Positions 20,845-30,366 of a stretch of 64,000 bases of DNA are shown here, in pieces. The notes under the pieces are model-generated. The model saw only the letters and a program-made list of their open reading frames with translations. It did not search any database and was not told the origin of the DNA. Numbering within the stretch: position 1 is the first letter of the stretch; every line of letters begins with the position of its first letter. A program made the position numbers and the translations under genes. The stretch covers positions 237,866 to 301,865 of the forward strand of contig JBOEGD010000010.1 of assembly GCA_050633245.1 (NCBI GenBank), given 5' to 3'. This DNA is from Calditrichia bacterium. Its GTDB lineage: Bacteria; Calditrichota; Calditrichia; RBG-13-44-9; J075.

Positions 20845-22239
20845 ATGGCAAGCAAACGCGAAACGATGTCTAACGTAGACACCGCATGGCTGCGTATGGA
20901 ACATCCAACCAATTTAATGATGATAACCGGTATTATTGTTTTTGATACACACCTCGACTTTCCCCGACTTCGCAAAATTGTAACGGAACGCTTGCTTAGC
21001 TACAACCGATTTAAACAACGTGTTATTCGTTCCCGTGGCGGACTAAGAAATCCGGAATGGGAAGAAGACCCCGAATTCGATTTGGACAATCACCTTATCC
21101 AATCCAAACTGCAGGATGTTAACAGCGAGGCCGAACTTCACGATACGATCAGCAATCTGATGAGTGAGCCGCTCGATTATGACCGTCCACTCTGGCAATA
21201 TCACATTGTAGAGAGTTACAACGGCGGTAGCGTAATGATTGGCCGTATTCACCATTGTATTGGTGATGGAACGGCGCTGGTTCGTGTATTGCTGTCATTA
21301 ACAGACAATACTCCCGATTTTGCGATATATGGCGGCGCCAGCAGTAATCCGGTAAAATCACGAAAACCGGCAAAGTCGTTTTTGGGCAATCTGTCCGCCG
21401 TTACAGAGAAAGCCTGGCGTTTTGGTTCACACCTTATAAAGCAGGGTAAACAAACAATTCAAAACCCTGAGAGACTGGTAACGGCCGCAAAAATGGGAGC
21501 GACAGGTCTTGGAGCACTTGGAAAACTCGCGCTGCGATCAGCCGACCCGCAAACCCGATTTAAGGGCGACCTCGGCATCAAAAAACTCGGCGTTTGGTCG
21601 AAACCCATTCCACTTGACGATATTAAAGCAATTGGCAAAGCAACCGGCGGAACCGTTAACGATGTACTACTCACTGCCATGACGGGAGCACTTCGGCGCT
21701 ACCTGGAGCATCACTCCGAGAGCACCGAGCGATTAAATTTACGCGCAGCCGTTCCGGTAAACCTGAGACCCATGAGCAATAAAATTGAACTGGGCAATAA
21801 ATTTGGTCTCGTATTTCCTTCTCTGCCAATCGGCATCGTTGATGAGAAAAAACGGCTTCGGGTGTTAAAGAATCGTATGAATAAGTTAAAAAACTCTCCC
21901 GAAGCAATGATTACCCTGGGCGCGTTGAATGCTGCCGCCCTTGCCCCACATGAAATTCAGAACTTTGTTATTAACTTTTTGGGTGCAAAAACCAGCGCGG
22001 TAATGACCAATGTCCCGGGCCCAAAAGAAACAATCTACCTGGCAGGCTCTCCGATCACGGATCTTATTTTCTGGGTGCCACAGTCTGGCCGCGTTGCTTT
22101 GGGCATCAGTATATTCAGCTATGCCGGCAAGGTTGTTCTCGGAGTTGCGAGCGATGTAGAGCGCGTCCCTGATCCCGAGCGCATTCTGGAAGCATTCCAC
22201 GAAGAGTTCGAGTCGCTCAAACTTTTAATTGCCAATTAA
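20845..22239 (+). CDS. Wax ester synthase / diacylglycerol acyltransferase (WS/DGAT)
   Basis: HHCIGDG catalytic HHxxxDG, LDYDRPLW, TVNDVLL, TNVPGP; start at ATG 20845 after GGAG. Confidence 0.93.
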   Translation: MASKRETMSNVDTAWLRMEHPTNLMMITGIIVFDTHLDFPRLRKIVTERLLSYNRFKQRVIRSRGGLRNPEWEEDPEFDLDNHLIQSKLQDVNSEAELHDTISNLMSEPLDYDRPLWQYHIVESYNGGSVMIGRIHHCIGDGTALVRVLLSLTDNTPDFAIYGGASSNPVKSRKPAKSFLGNLSAVTEKAWRFGSHLIKQGKQTIQNPERLVTAAKMGATGLGALGKLALRSADPQTRFKGDLGIKKLGVWSKPIPLDDIKAIGKATGGTVNDVLLTAMTGALRRYLEHHSESTERLNLRAAVPVNLRPMSNKIELGNKFGLVFPSLPIGIVDEKKRLRVLKNRMNKLKNSPEAMITLGALNAAALAPHEIQNFVINFLGAKTSAVMTNVPGPKETIYLAGSPITDLIFWVPQSGRVALGISIFSYAGKVVLGVASDVERVPDPERILEAFHEEFESLKLLIAN

Positions 22240-22250
22240 CGAAAGATCTC

Positions 22251-23318
22251 ATGGCAAAACCGAAGTATCCCATCATCGATGGACACAATGATGTCGCTCA
22301 GTATCTGTATTTGCCTGAAAAGCTGCCGGGATATATGTTTACCAAAGAAAATGCAGGTGCATGTCTGGACGCTCAAAAGGCACGTAAAGGTGGCTTTAAA
22401 GGCGGCTTTTTTGCCGTTTTCAACCCACCAATGCGATCGGAGGTTATTTCTGACCAGGCGACTTATCGAGCATTGGGATTCAGAATTCCTCCCTTTCCTT
22501 CGCTTCCGCATTCCCGTGCGCAACAGCAAACGATTGAGGGAATTGTAGAATTATTGAGACTGGAAAAAGATCCGGAAGCAGGCATTATCATTGTTCGCAC
22601 GCTTACCGATTTGGTTAACAGTTTGGAAACTGATAAAATTGCGGCAATCCTTCATCTGGAAGGTGCAGAGGCGATTGACGCAAAACTCAATGCCCTGGAG
22701 GTGTTCTACCAGTCCGGATTGCGTTCGGTTGGCATTACCTGGTCACGACCGAATATTTTTGGACATGGCGTTCCTTTCAAATATCCGTCCAGACCCGATA
22801 TTGGCCCCGGCTTAACAACGTTGGGCAAAAAGCTGGTACGCCGCTGCAATGAGATGGGCATTATGATCGACCTGGCGCACCTGAACGAAAAAGGATTCTG
22901 GGATGTCGCCGAGCTAAGCAATGCACCGCTGGTATCGACGCATACCGCAGCATACTCGCTTTGCGAATCATCCAGAAATCTGACCGATAAACAAATCGAT
23001 GCCATTGGGCATTCCGGCGGACTTATTGGTATAAACTTTTATGTCGCCGATTTAAGGGAAGATGGTGAAGACAACTCAGACATGCCGCTTACTCGTATTG
23101 TTGAGCACGTCAAATACATTGCAGATCGAATCGGTATTGACCATGTCGCATTGGGATCTGATTTTGATGGTGCCTTAATGCCCAACGATCTCAACAGCGC
23201 CGATAAGCTGCCCAATCTAATCGCCGCCTTTGAAGAAGCAGGCTTTAGCGAAAGCGACCTGCAAAAAATCACTCACAAAAACTGGATCAGGATACTCTAT
23301 CATACCTGGCATGAGTAA
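22251..23318 (+). CDS. Membrane dipeptidase (peptidase M19)
   Basis: IDGHND, LHLEGAE, IDLAH, STHT, RNLTD, GSDFDG. Confidence 0.92.
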   Translation: MAKPKYPIIDGHNDVAQYLYLPEKLPGYMFTKENAGACLDAQKARKGGFKGGFFAVFNPPMRSEVISDQATYRALGFRIPPFPSLPHSRAQQQTIEGIVELLRLEKDPEAGIIIVRTLTDLVNSLETDKIAAILHLEGAEAIDAKLNALEVFYQSGLRSVGITWSRPNIFGHGVPFKYPSRPDIGPGLTTLGKKLVRRCNEMGIMIDLAHLNEKGFWDVAELSNAPLVSTHTAAYSLCESSRNLTDKQIDAIGHSGGLIGINFYVADLREDGEDNSDMPLTRIVEHVKYIADRIGIDHVALGSDFDGALMPNDLNSADKLPNLIAAFEEAGFSESDLQKITHKNWIRILYHTWHE

Positions 23319-23339
23319 AGCAGGAGGCAGGTGGCAGCA

Positions 23340-23456
23340 GTAAAGACGCGATGCTTCGCGTCTCAAATAGTAACGTGGGTCTTGACCCACGCAGCCGCAT
23401 AGTCTTAGCTAGTCGGAACACAGAACTTTGAACCTTGAACCTTGAACTCAGAACCT
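23340..23456. repeat. REP-like palindrome pair plus (TTGAACC)n heptamer tract
   Basis: GTAAAGACGCGATGCTTCGCGTCTC, GTAACGTGGGTCTTGACCCACGC, GAACTTTGAACCTTGAACCTTGAAC. Confidence 0.8.
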
Positions 23457-23472
23457 CTAAAGGAGAAAATCT

Positions 23473-25023
23473 ATGGCAATGCCTATACCCAGTCTGCTTC
23501 TAAAGCAGCTATATACGTTTAACAGCCTGAAGAATGAAGGCGCCAGCGTGCGCTTTTCCATCAAGAATCGATTAAGCGACGCCACGTTCAGCGGTATTTC
23601 CGCGGTTAAGATTAACGGAAAAGAAGTGCCGATCAGTAATGTCAGTGTAGATCTCGGTGATGGCAATCCGATCAGCCCAAATGATATCACAAAGGAACCT
23701 CTGGATTTTCCGCTGCGCAAAGAGCTGGATATTATTGCAACCGGCATCACGCTCGAGACCGGTAAGCACAAGCTGGAAATTCACTTCTCAACCAAGCCAT
23801 TTGGTAAACTAAAGCTGAAGGTTGAAGATGCGATCTCAGACAAACAGCCCGAAATCGTGCGAATTCCACGTCGTAAGGATGATGATTATGGCGAAGAAGC
23901 GATTAAAATGCGTCAAAAATTTGCCGAAGAGTTCTCCAATACAAAGCTGGAACATATTCCCAACTATTCATTCGACCCACATATGCTCAATGGTAACATC
24001 GAACACTTTACCGGCGTCGCGCAAATTCCGCTTGGACTGGCCGGGCCGTTAACCGTTAATGGTGAGCATGCCAATGGCGACTACATCATTCCGATGGCGA
24101 CAACCGAAGGAACCCTGGTTGCCTCCTACAATCGCGGAATAAAATTGCTAAACCTTTGTGGTGGCGTTAAGTGTACCATAGTTGGCGACGCGATGCAGCG
24201 CGCACCGGTTTTCGTATTTTCAGACGCCCGCGGTGCCAGAGATTTTGTTACCTGGGTGCAAACGCCGGAGAATCTGGCTCAGATTCGCGAACATGCTGAA
24301 GCCACGTCGAGCGTTGCAAAGCTGGTAGACATTGATTGCTACCTTGCCAGCAAGTTTGCTTATCTTCGCTTTAATTATACCACGGGTGATGCTGCCGGAC
24401 AAAATATGGTCGGGCGCGCTACCTTTGCTGCCTGTAGTTGGGTGCTCGATAACTATAAGGGCATCGAAAGCTTCTTTCTCGAGTCGAATTTTGCGACGGA
24501 CAAAAAAGCTTCACAGATTAATATAATGCGAACCCGAGGTAAGCGCGTAACTGCTGAAGCGACCATCAAGCGCGACATTCTTATTCAAAACATGCGTGTT
24601 GAGCCAGAGAATCTGGTTTATCACACCGGCGTGGCCAATGTAGGATCGATTCTTTCGGGTGCAAACAACAATGGACTGCATTCTGCGAATGCCATTACTG
24701 CCATATTTATCGCAACCGGTCAGGATGTGGCGAACGTGGCGGAATCCTCTGCCGGGTTGATTTATACCGAGCTAACGCCGGAACGCGATCTGTATATCTC
24801 GATAACCATTCCATCGCTCATTGTAGCGACTTATGGAGGGGGCACCGGACTGGCTACTCAAAATGAGTCGCTGGAGATCATGGGCTGCACCGGTCGTGGT
24901 AAGGTTAAGAAGTTTGCCGAGATTATTGCTGGTGTTGTGCTGGCAGGTGAGCTTTCTCTTGCTTCTGCTATTTCTTCATCAGATTGGGTTTCCAGCCACG
25001 AACAGTATGGACGCAATCGCTAA
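23473..25023 (+). CDS. HMG-CoA reductase-like protein (class I fold) with extra ~120 aa N-terminal beta domain
   Basis: ATTEGTLVAS, GDAAGQNM, SNFATDKK, ATGQD, TYGGGT, LAGELS, C-terminal His. Confidence 0.85.
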   Translation: MAMPIPSLLLKQLYTFNSLKNEGASVRFSIKNRLSDATFSGISAVKINGKEVPISNVSVDLGDGNPISPNDITKEPLDFPLRKELDIIATGITLETGKHKLEIHFSTKPFGKLKLKVEDAISDKQPEIVRIPRRKDDDYGEEAIKMRQKFAEEFSNTKLEHIPNYSFDPHMLNGNIEHFTGVAQIPLGLAGPLTVNGEHANGDYIIPMATTEGTLVASYNRGIKLLNLCGGVKCTIVGDAMQRAPVFVFSDARGARDFVTWVQTPENLAQIREHAEATSSVAKLVDIDCYLASKFAYLRFNYTTGDAAGQNMVGRATFAACSWVLDNYKGIESFFLESNFATDKKASQINIMRTRGKRVTAEATIKRDILIQNMRVEPENLVYHTGVANVGSILSGANNNGLHSANAITAIFIATGQDVANVAESSAGLIYTELTPERDLYISITIPSLIVATYGGGTGLATQNESLEIMGCTGRGKVKKFAEIIAGVVLAGELSLASAISSSDWVSSHEQYGRNR

Positions 25024-25067
25024 ACCTCTTTACAGTCCGGCAGCGCATGCTGCCGGACGAACTTATT

Positions 25068-25526
25068 ATGAACCTACTCATCTCCTACCAAAAAACGCTT
25101 ACCTTCCCCCACGACCTGGAAACGACGTTTTGCTTTCTGGCAGATATTCCACTCACCTCGACATTCTTTCCCAAACTGGAAGAACTGATCGATCTCGGTC
25201 GTAACTGCTATCAATGGGATCTTCAGCCACAGGGCCCGGCTGCGTATGCCGTACAAACAATCTATGCCTGTCGCTATCGTTTTAAGCCAAATAGCCAAAT
25301 AGCCTGGGAGCCGATACGAGATATCGGCAACTCATTTTTCAGTGGTAGCTGGCAGCTGTCTCCCCTTGCCAATAAGTGCCACGCAAACTTCAACTTAAAG
25401 GGAGAGCTTTCACTGCCAGTACCTGCCTTCGCAGAAGTTGTGGCTGCTCCGCTTATTCGCTCGCTCTTTAATTCTCTGCTGAATGACTACCTCGAAAACC
25501 TGCAATCAGGCCTCGCAAAAGTATAG
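25068..25526 (+). CDS. SRPBCC/START-like (polyketide cyclase/CoxG-like) protein
   Basis: FPKLEEL..LG.N.Y.W, I.W.P, GSWQL pattern; start uncertain. Confidence 0.6.
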   Translation: MNLLISYQKTLTFPHDLETTFCFLADIPLTSTFFPKLEELIDLGRNCYQWDLQPQGPAAYAVQTIYACRYRFKPNSQIAWEPIRDIGNSFFSGSWQLSPLANKCHANFNLKGELSLPVPAFAEVVAAPLIRSLFNSLLNDYLENLQSGLAKV

Positions 25527-25637
25527 AAACACCCAAAATGACTCATCCAGTCATTTTTTCCAAAAATAAGAAAACTTTATTTTTGCTGTAAAAAGTCATA
25601 TAAAACAGCAGTTTAAACAAATTCCTCCAGCATCTAC

Positions 25638-25689
25638 TTACGCATTGCGTCAAAAAAAGGTTGACAAAATTGACGCGCTGTGTTATATT
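25638..25689 (+). promoter_or_regulatory. Sigma-70 promoter with two palindromic operators (putative PhaR boxes)
   Basis: TTACGCATTGCGTCA (25638-52), TTGACA (25661-66), TGACGCGCTGTGTTA (25671-85), 17 bp spacer, TG-n-TATATT (25684-89). Confidence 0.75.
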
Positions 25690-25747
25690 GTAATTGAAAC
25701 AAAGATAACAAGTTCTTACGCAAATATAAAAGAAGTGAGGTTTTACT

Positions 25748-26251
25748 ATGAAAGATCAAAAAACGATTATCGAACAGATTCAAAGCAATGTTGGCAACCT
25801 TTCACGAGACATTTGGTTGGCCGGCCTCGGTATGGTCTCCGTAGCTCAGGAAGAAGGACAAAAACTGATTGAACGTGCTGAGAAAGAAGGCAAAAGCCTT
25901 ATTGAACGTGCCGAGACGGAAGGCAAGAAATTGTATGAGCGCGCTGAAAAAGAAGGCACTCGTATTAAGAATGATTTTGCCAAGCAGAACGACGAGCTAA
26001 TCAAAGCTGGAAAAGGCCTTGAGAAGAAAGCCAGGGACTTTGCAGACGAAAAGCGCAGCGAAGTAAAAGAGACAGTAAGCTCTGCTACCGAGACCGTAGA
26101 AAGCCGCCTTGCCGGAATGCTTGAAGGCCTGGGAATCTCCTTCAACAATGATGTAAAGGACTTGAACGAGAAGGTAGACAAGCTAACCAAGACCGTTAAC
26201 AAGCTGTCCCGCGAAATTAACGCAAAGGCAAAAGCCAAGGCAAAGAAGTAG
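25748..26251 (+). CDS. Phasin / granule-associated protein (PhaI/PhaF-like)
   Basis: DIWLAGLG...QEEG, LG+...DVKDLNEKVDKL, internal AEKEG repeats, AKAKAK tail. Confidence 0.85.
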   Translation: MKDQKTIIEQIQSNVGNLSRDIWLAGLGMVSVAQEEGQKLIERAEKEGKSLIERAETEGKKLYERAEKEGTRIKNDFAKQNDELIKAGKGLEKKARDFADEKRSEVKETVSSATETVESRLAGMLEGLGISFNNDVKDLNEKVDKLTKTVNKLSREINAKAKAKAKK

Positions 26252-26292
26252 TAACCCCTTGGGAGTTGACCAAATGGGAGTTACATATAGAT

Positions 26293-26339
26293 GCAATAGC
26301 CGTTACGCAGAATCATTCTGTTTACGGCTATTGCTTTTT
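26293..26339 (+). terminator. Intrinsic terminator after phasin
   Basis: GCAATAGCCGT...ACGGCTATTGC followed by TTTTT. Confidence 0.8.
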
Positions 26340-26355
26340 AGTATGAAGGAATAGC

Positions 26356-26580
26356 ATGATTCAGATAAAGATTAAAAATCATCGCCAGATTCTTAGAAAA
26401 GAGCGTAGCCGACTCGTTTCTACCCTGGCTCCGTTCTTCGTAGATGTTGAACAGCGCGTTGAAGAAGAGATCGTTAAACAAATTCAACAGGTTTTTGAAA
26501 GCCACAATATTGAAGCAGATTTTGAAATTGTGCTTGATGGCAGCAGTCCGGCATCCCCCTCCTCTGTTGCTCGTAAATAG
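26356..26580 (+). CDS. Small hypothetical protein
   Basis: AAGGA RBS, 74 aa plausible composition. Confidence 0.55.
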   Translation: MIQIKIKNHRQILRKERSRLVSTLAPFFVDVEQRVEEEIVKQIQQVFESHNIEADFEIVLDGSSPASPSSVARK

Positions 26581-26666
26581 CCAATTGTTTTATTTTGCGA
26601 AAATGAATACCTTAACTGGTGTTTAATTAATATGTTCCTCACTCACCTAATTCTGGTCCTTCCGAC

Positions 26667-27917
26667 ATGTGGGCAACGCTTTCCGAATTCGCCATTCAAG
26701 CTTGGAATCACCCCGATTTCTGGAAGTATGTCAGTATACCCATTGTTGCTTCTCTCGTGGGTTGGATAACAAATTGGGTTGCGGTAAAGCTTCTATTTCA
26801 TCCGCTCGAACCTATCGGTAAACCACCATTTTTTGGCTGGCAGGGAATTATTCCATCAAAAGCTGCCAAGATGGGCGCTATGACGGCGGACAGCACGCTC
26901 AGCAAGCTGGGCAGTTTGCCAGAGCTTTTTCGTCATATGGAACCCGAACGCATTGCCGACCACCTCATTAACTCCATCCAGCCACGCGTTGAAGAATATG
27001 TCGATGCCGTAATGATGCACGAAAATCCGGCCGTGTGGGAGCTAATCCCCGGCGTGATGAAGACCTACGTCTACACAATGGTGAAGAACGAACTGCCACT
27101 GGCAATGAGCGAGATGATGGCCGATCTGGAACACAATATCAATGATGTGGTCGATTTGAAGCAAACCGTTGTGGATGCACTGGTGAAAGACAAGCGCATC
27201 ATCAACAGCATCTTTATGGAATGTGGCAAAAAGGAGTTCGAGTTTATCGTTCGCTCAGGTCTCTGCTTCGGTCTGTTCTTCGGTATCATTCAGATGATCG
27301 TTTGGTCATTTTATCAAGCCTGGTGGATCTTACCACTTTTCGGGATGATTAACGGCTATGCAACCAACTGGATTGCCATTCGCATCATCTTTCAGCCGCT
27401 AAATCCGGTAAAAATCGGTCCTCTGAAAATTCAGGGACTGTTTCTAAAGCGCCAGAAAGAAGTTGCCGCTGAATGGTGCAGTATTGTGGCCGGACAGGTT
27501 ATTACCGTGCGCAATATTATTAACGACATGCTGAATGGCGCAAAGTCTGAACGCACGCATATTATCGTGCGCCGCCATATCCGGGACGTTGTAGACCGCG
27601 CTGTCGGTATCACCAAACCCATCGTGCAATTTACGGTTGGCCTAAAAGAATTTGTGAAGATCAAAGAGTCTGCCTCAGAAACGGCAATTCATATCACGTC
27701 CGAAGTCTTCGACGACCCCAGCTTTAATGAAGAGCGCGCAGCAATTATCAAGGAGCTCTTGGAAGAACGCATGATCGCGCTCTCGTCTGAAGAATTTCAG
27801 TATCTGCTGCGGCCGGCTTTTGAGGAAGAAGAACTGAAGCTGATTATCGTCGGTGCCATCCTTGGTGCCCTGGCGGGTTTTGCCCAACTGGTTTACATTT
27901 TTGGGGGAAGTCTTTAA
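26667..27917 (+). CDS. DUF445-family membrane protein
   Basis: Duplicated GWITNWVA.KLLFHP / GYATNWIAIRIIFQP; WQGIIP; LIIVGAILG. Confidence 0.85.
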   Translation: MWATLSEFAIQAWNHPDFWKYVSIPIVASLVGWITNWVAVKLLFHPLEPIGKPPFFGWQGIIPSKAAKMGAMTADSTLSKLGSLPELFRHMEPERIADHLINSIQPRVEEYVDAVMMHENPAVWELIPGVMKTYVYTMVKNELPLAMSEMMADLEHNINDVVDLKQTVVDALVKDKRIINSIFMECGKKEFEFIVRSGLCFGLFFGIIQMIVWSFYQAWWILPLFGMINGYATNWIAIRIIFQPLNPVKIGPLKIQGLFLKRQKEVAAEWCSIVAGQVITVRNIINDMLNGAKSERTHIIVRRHIRDVVDRAVGITKPIVQFTVGLKEFVKIKESASETAIHITSEVFDDPSFNEERAAIIKELLEERMIALSSEEFQYLLRPAFEEEELKLIIVGAILGALAGFAQLVYIFGGSL

Positions 27918-27994
27918 ATTATGAATTATGAATTATGAATTATGAATGATGAGTTATGAATGATGAGTTATGAATGATGAGTTATGAGTTATGA
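27918..27994. repeat. Heptamer tandem repeat (TTATGAA/TGATGAG)
   Basis: Directly visible. Confidence 0.9.
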
Positions 27995-28037
27995 TTGGCC
28001 ATTGAACGGTGAACTTTAACGAAGAATTGAGTCTATT

Positions 28038-28895
28038 ATGCCTTTAAGGAAATTTAGCATTCTTTTCCTGCTTTTATTAGCTTTTCCGGGCTGTAGTGAG
28101 GCTGAACCGGATTTGTTTTTGAGAGGTTATGCTACAAGCATATCCTTTGATTCCCAGAAGGTTTTATCCTACTATCGCAATGGCGAGACGGACAGCATTT
28201 TTGTTCAACATATACACGATGGAACGATCCTGTTTGAATATGAATTAAACGAGAATCTGGAAGGACTCGTATTTTCAAAAGATGCGAAGATTCTCATCTT
28301 TACAGAAACGTCGCTACTCGAATTAGACTGGCAATTAATCCGGATATCCGAACTAGCAAAACTTGACTCCATGAACATAACCGGAATAAAAGTAGACTAC
28401 GACGCAAATCGTTTACTTTGGGGCAATGCTCCGGAAAACATGCACGATACGACGTCCGGGACCTCCGAAATTGTTGAATTTGATTTAAGCAGTCGAAAAC
28501 TTCGTCGCACGAGTTTTGACGAGAACTTTGGTCAGCTGTATGATATCGCACCTCGAAGCAAGGATATGCTTTTCCTTAATCAGGGTGGGGAATTAATAAT
28601 GGTGATCTTGTCCAAAAGCTATGTTATGGGATACGGACCGGGTGTACTGAACGGTATTTCGTTGGGCAAAAGTTCCATCCATCTTTCGAAGAACAAAAAG
28701 GAGTTAGTCGCCTGTTTCAATGAAGGAGAAGTCGGGGTTTTGGATATAGACACAGGAAAGATCAGAACACTTGATATAGCGGGAGATTATATCAATCCCA
28801 TTCTCTCCTATGACAACAAGTTCATTGTTGCTCAGGAAGTTACTCGCTATAGAGTAAGAGCAGGCGTTTTCTCCGCTGAGCCTTTTTTGAAGTAA
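28038..28895 (+). CDS. Hypothetical lipoprotein, beta-propeller-like
   Basis: Signal with FPGC lipobox-like site; beta-rich repeats ending NPILSYDNKFIV. Confidence 0.6.
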   Translation: MPLRKFSILFLLLLAFPGCSEAEPDLFLRGYATSISFDSQKVLSYYRNGETDSIFVQHIHDGTILFEYELNENLEGLVFSKDAKILIFTETSLLELDWQLIRISELAKLDSMNITGIKVDYDANRLLWGNAPENMHDTTSGTSEIVEFDLSSRKLRRTSFDENFGQLYDIAPRSKDMLFLNQGGELIMVILSKSYVMGYGPGVLNGISLGKSSIHLSKNKKELVACFNEGEVGVLDIDTGKIRTLDIAGDYINPILSYDNKFIVAQEVTRYRVRAGVFSAEPFLK

Positions 28896-28914
28896 AGTTA
28901 TTTTTTTCCCTATG

Positions 28915-28978
28915 AGCTGCCGTCTTTTAGCTGCCGTCTTTTAGCTGCCGTCTTTTAGCTGCCGTCTTTTAGCTGCCG
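28915..28978. repeat. 14-bp tandem repeat (AGCTGCCGTCTTTT)x4.5
   Basis: Directly visible; related units near 19230-19250, 37800-37845, 48060-48125. Confidence 0.92.
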
Positions 28979-29118
28979 CCTATTATCTTTCCGACCCCCG
29001 ACACCTGTCCTTGTATAATAATTTCACAATAAATTGGATATTCCCCTCGCCCCTCTCCACTCTCATCACGAGTTGTTTTTATTCAACTTACGACTTGATC
29101 CCGCGCAAATCCCCCCTT

Positions 29119-29134
29119 TGGCACAGTTATTGAA
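29119..29134 (+). promoter_or_regulatory. Candidate sigma-54 (-24/-12) promoter
   Basis: TGGCAC-AGTTA-TTGAA; correct spacing, one mismatch at -12 (GA for GC); about 40 bp upstream of ATG 29172. Confidence 0.45.
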
Positions 29135-29171
29135 ATACAACAGACAACTATGTGACAAGGAGGTCCAGGGA

Positions 29172-29822
29172 ATGCGACCTACAGATCTTTCCAAACAACT
29201 TCGAATCCAAACGAAACTACCGGCGGGTATTTTGGTGAAGAAAACTCTTAAACACGTTTGCGTTTTTGCGTTCTTCCTTTGCCTGCTAAACCAATCTGCA
29301 CTTGCCGATGAGAAAAAGTCTCAGCTGCACGCCGCCATATTTAGCGAAGGTGCGCGTTTTCATTCATCCTTCATGCAGAATTTTGGGTTGGGCTTCGGTC
29401 TGCGCCTAAGATGGCAACCGAGCAATCTGTATGGGTTTTCAGAGTTTGGCAGCATTCGAAGTGAACAGACGTTTGACGTAATAAGTGGTGAGGCGTCTGT
29501 AGACATTGGATGGCAAACGTTGTTTTTGGGTGCAGGCTATTCCTATCCACTCGGAAGGAACTGGCACCTGGGCGGCGAAGTAGGGGTTGGTCTGTTGAAC
29601 TATCGCACCGATGCACTTACAGTTGACCTCGGAGCAGCAGGAAGCCTTGAGATAGACGAGCAAAGCGACAATAAATTGATTTATAAACCGACACTGGTGA
29701 TATCGAAAACCTTCTCCGGGCGAGTTCATGTTTTTATCGCTCCAGCGATTTCACTGGTGTCATTTTCAGGATTAAAAAACAATCTTCACTTGAAAGGGGG
29801 AATTGGATTTGCGCTACATTAA
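29172..29822 (+). CDS. Small outer-membrane beta-barrel protein
   Basis: Signal peptide, alternating amphipathic strands, C-terminal KGGIGFALH; start uncertain. Confidence 0.65.
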   Translation: MRPTDLSKQLRIQTKLPAGILVKKTLKHVCVFAFFLCLLNQSALADEKKSQLHAAIFSEGARFHSSFMQNFGLGFGLRLRWQPSNLYGFSEFGSIRSEQTFDVISGEASVDIGWQTLFLGAGYSYPLGRNWHLGGEVGVGLLNYRTDALTVDLGAAGSLEIDEQSDNKLIYKPTLVISKTFSGRVHVFIAPAISLVSFSGLKNNLHLKGGIGFALH

Positions 29823-30345
29823 ACCACTTCTCATACTATTGATTTCTACCGTTCTATTTGCACAATCCGGCAAGAAAGCCAACACCGGCCCGGATATCGA
29901 TCTTCGAAAAGGTGTTTTCTTCGAGGTCGCTCCCTATGCCGGTGCAATGGGCGGTAGCGGCATGTTTGGACTGCGTCTTGGTATGAACTACAGCGCGCTC
30001 AACGTAGAAGTATCCGGCGAGCAGGTGATTGGCAAGACGGCAAACACCTACCCAATAATGTTGAACTTCATGCTGAATCTTTCCAAAACCGGGCGATTTC
30101 TGCCCTACGTCGGTGCAGGCGGCGGCTTACTAATGACGGTTCCTACCAACGCGATTGGCTCTCAGACGGTATCGAGTTTGGGCGCAAGTTTAGGAGTCGG
30201 TACAAGAATTTACTTAACAAAACAGTTTGGCTTCCGCGCGGAATTCAGACAGCTGGCAACAAATATTACCGATGAGTTCGAGGCACGAGAGGAATTTCTG
30301 ACGTTTCAGGAAATTAGCCTTGGAGTCACCTTTATGTTCAATTAA
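29803..30345 (+). CDS. Small outer-membrane beta-barrel protein (OmpA/OmpW-like)
   Basis: Signal peptide, LPYVGAGGG, GFRAEFR, ends LGVTFMFN. Confidence 0.78.
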   Translation: MDLRYIKPLLILLISTVLFAQSGKKANTGPDIDLRKGVFFEVAPYAGAMGGSGMFGLRLGMNYSALNVEVSGEQVIGKTANTYPIMLNFMLNLSKTGRFLPYVGAGGGLLMTVPTNAIGSQTVSSLGASLGVGTRIYLTKQFGFRAEFRQLATNITDEFEAREEFLTFQEISLGVTFMFN

Positions 30346-30366
30346 TACAATCTTTACAAAGGGGAA

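Noticed and set aside
27918-28978. CRISPR array
   Set aside because: Repeats are contiguous 7- and 14-mers without unique spacers; no cas genes
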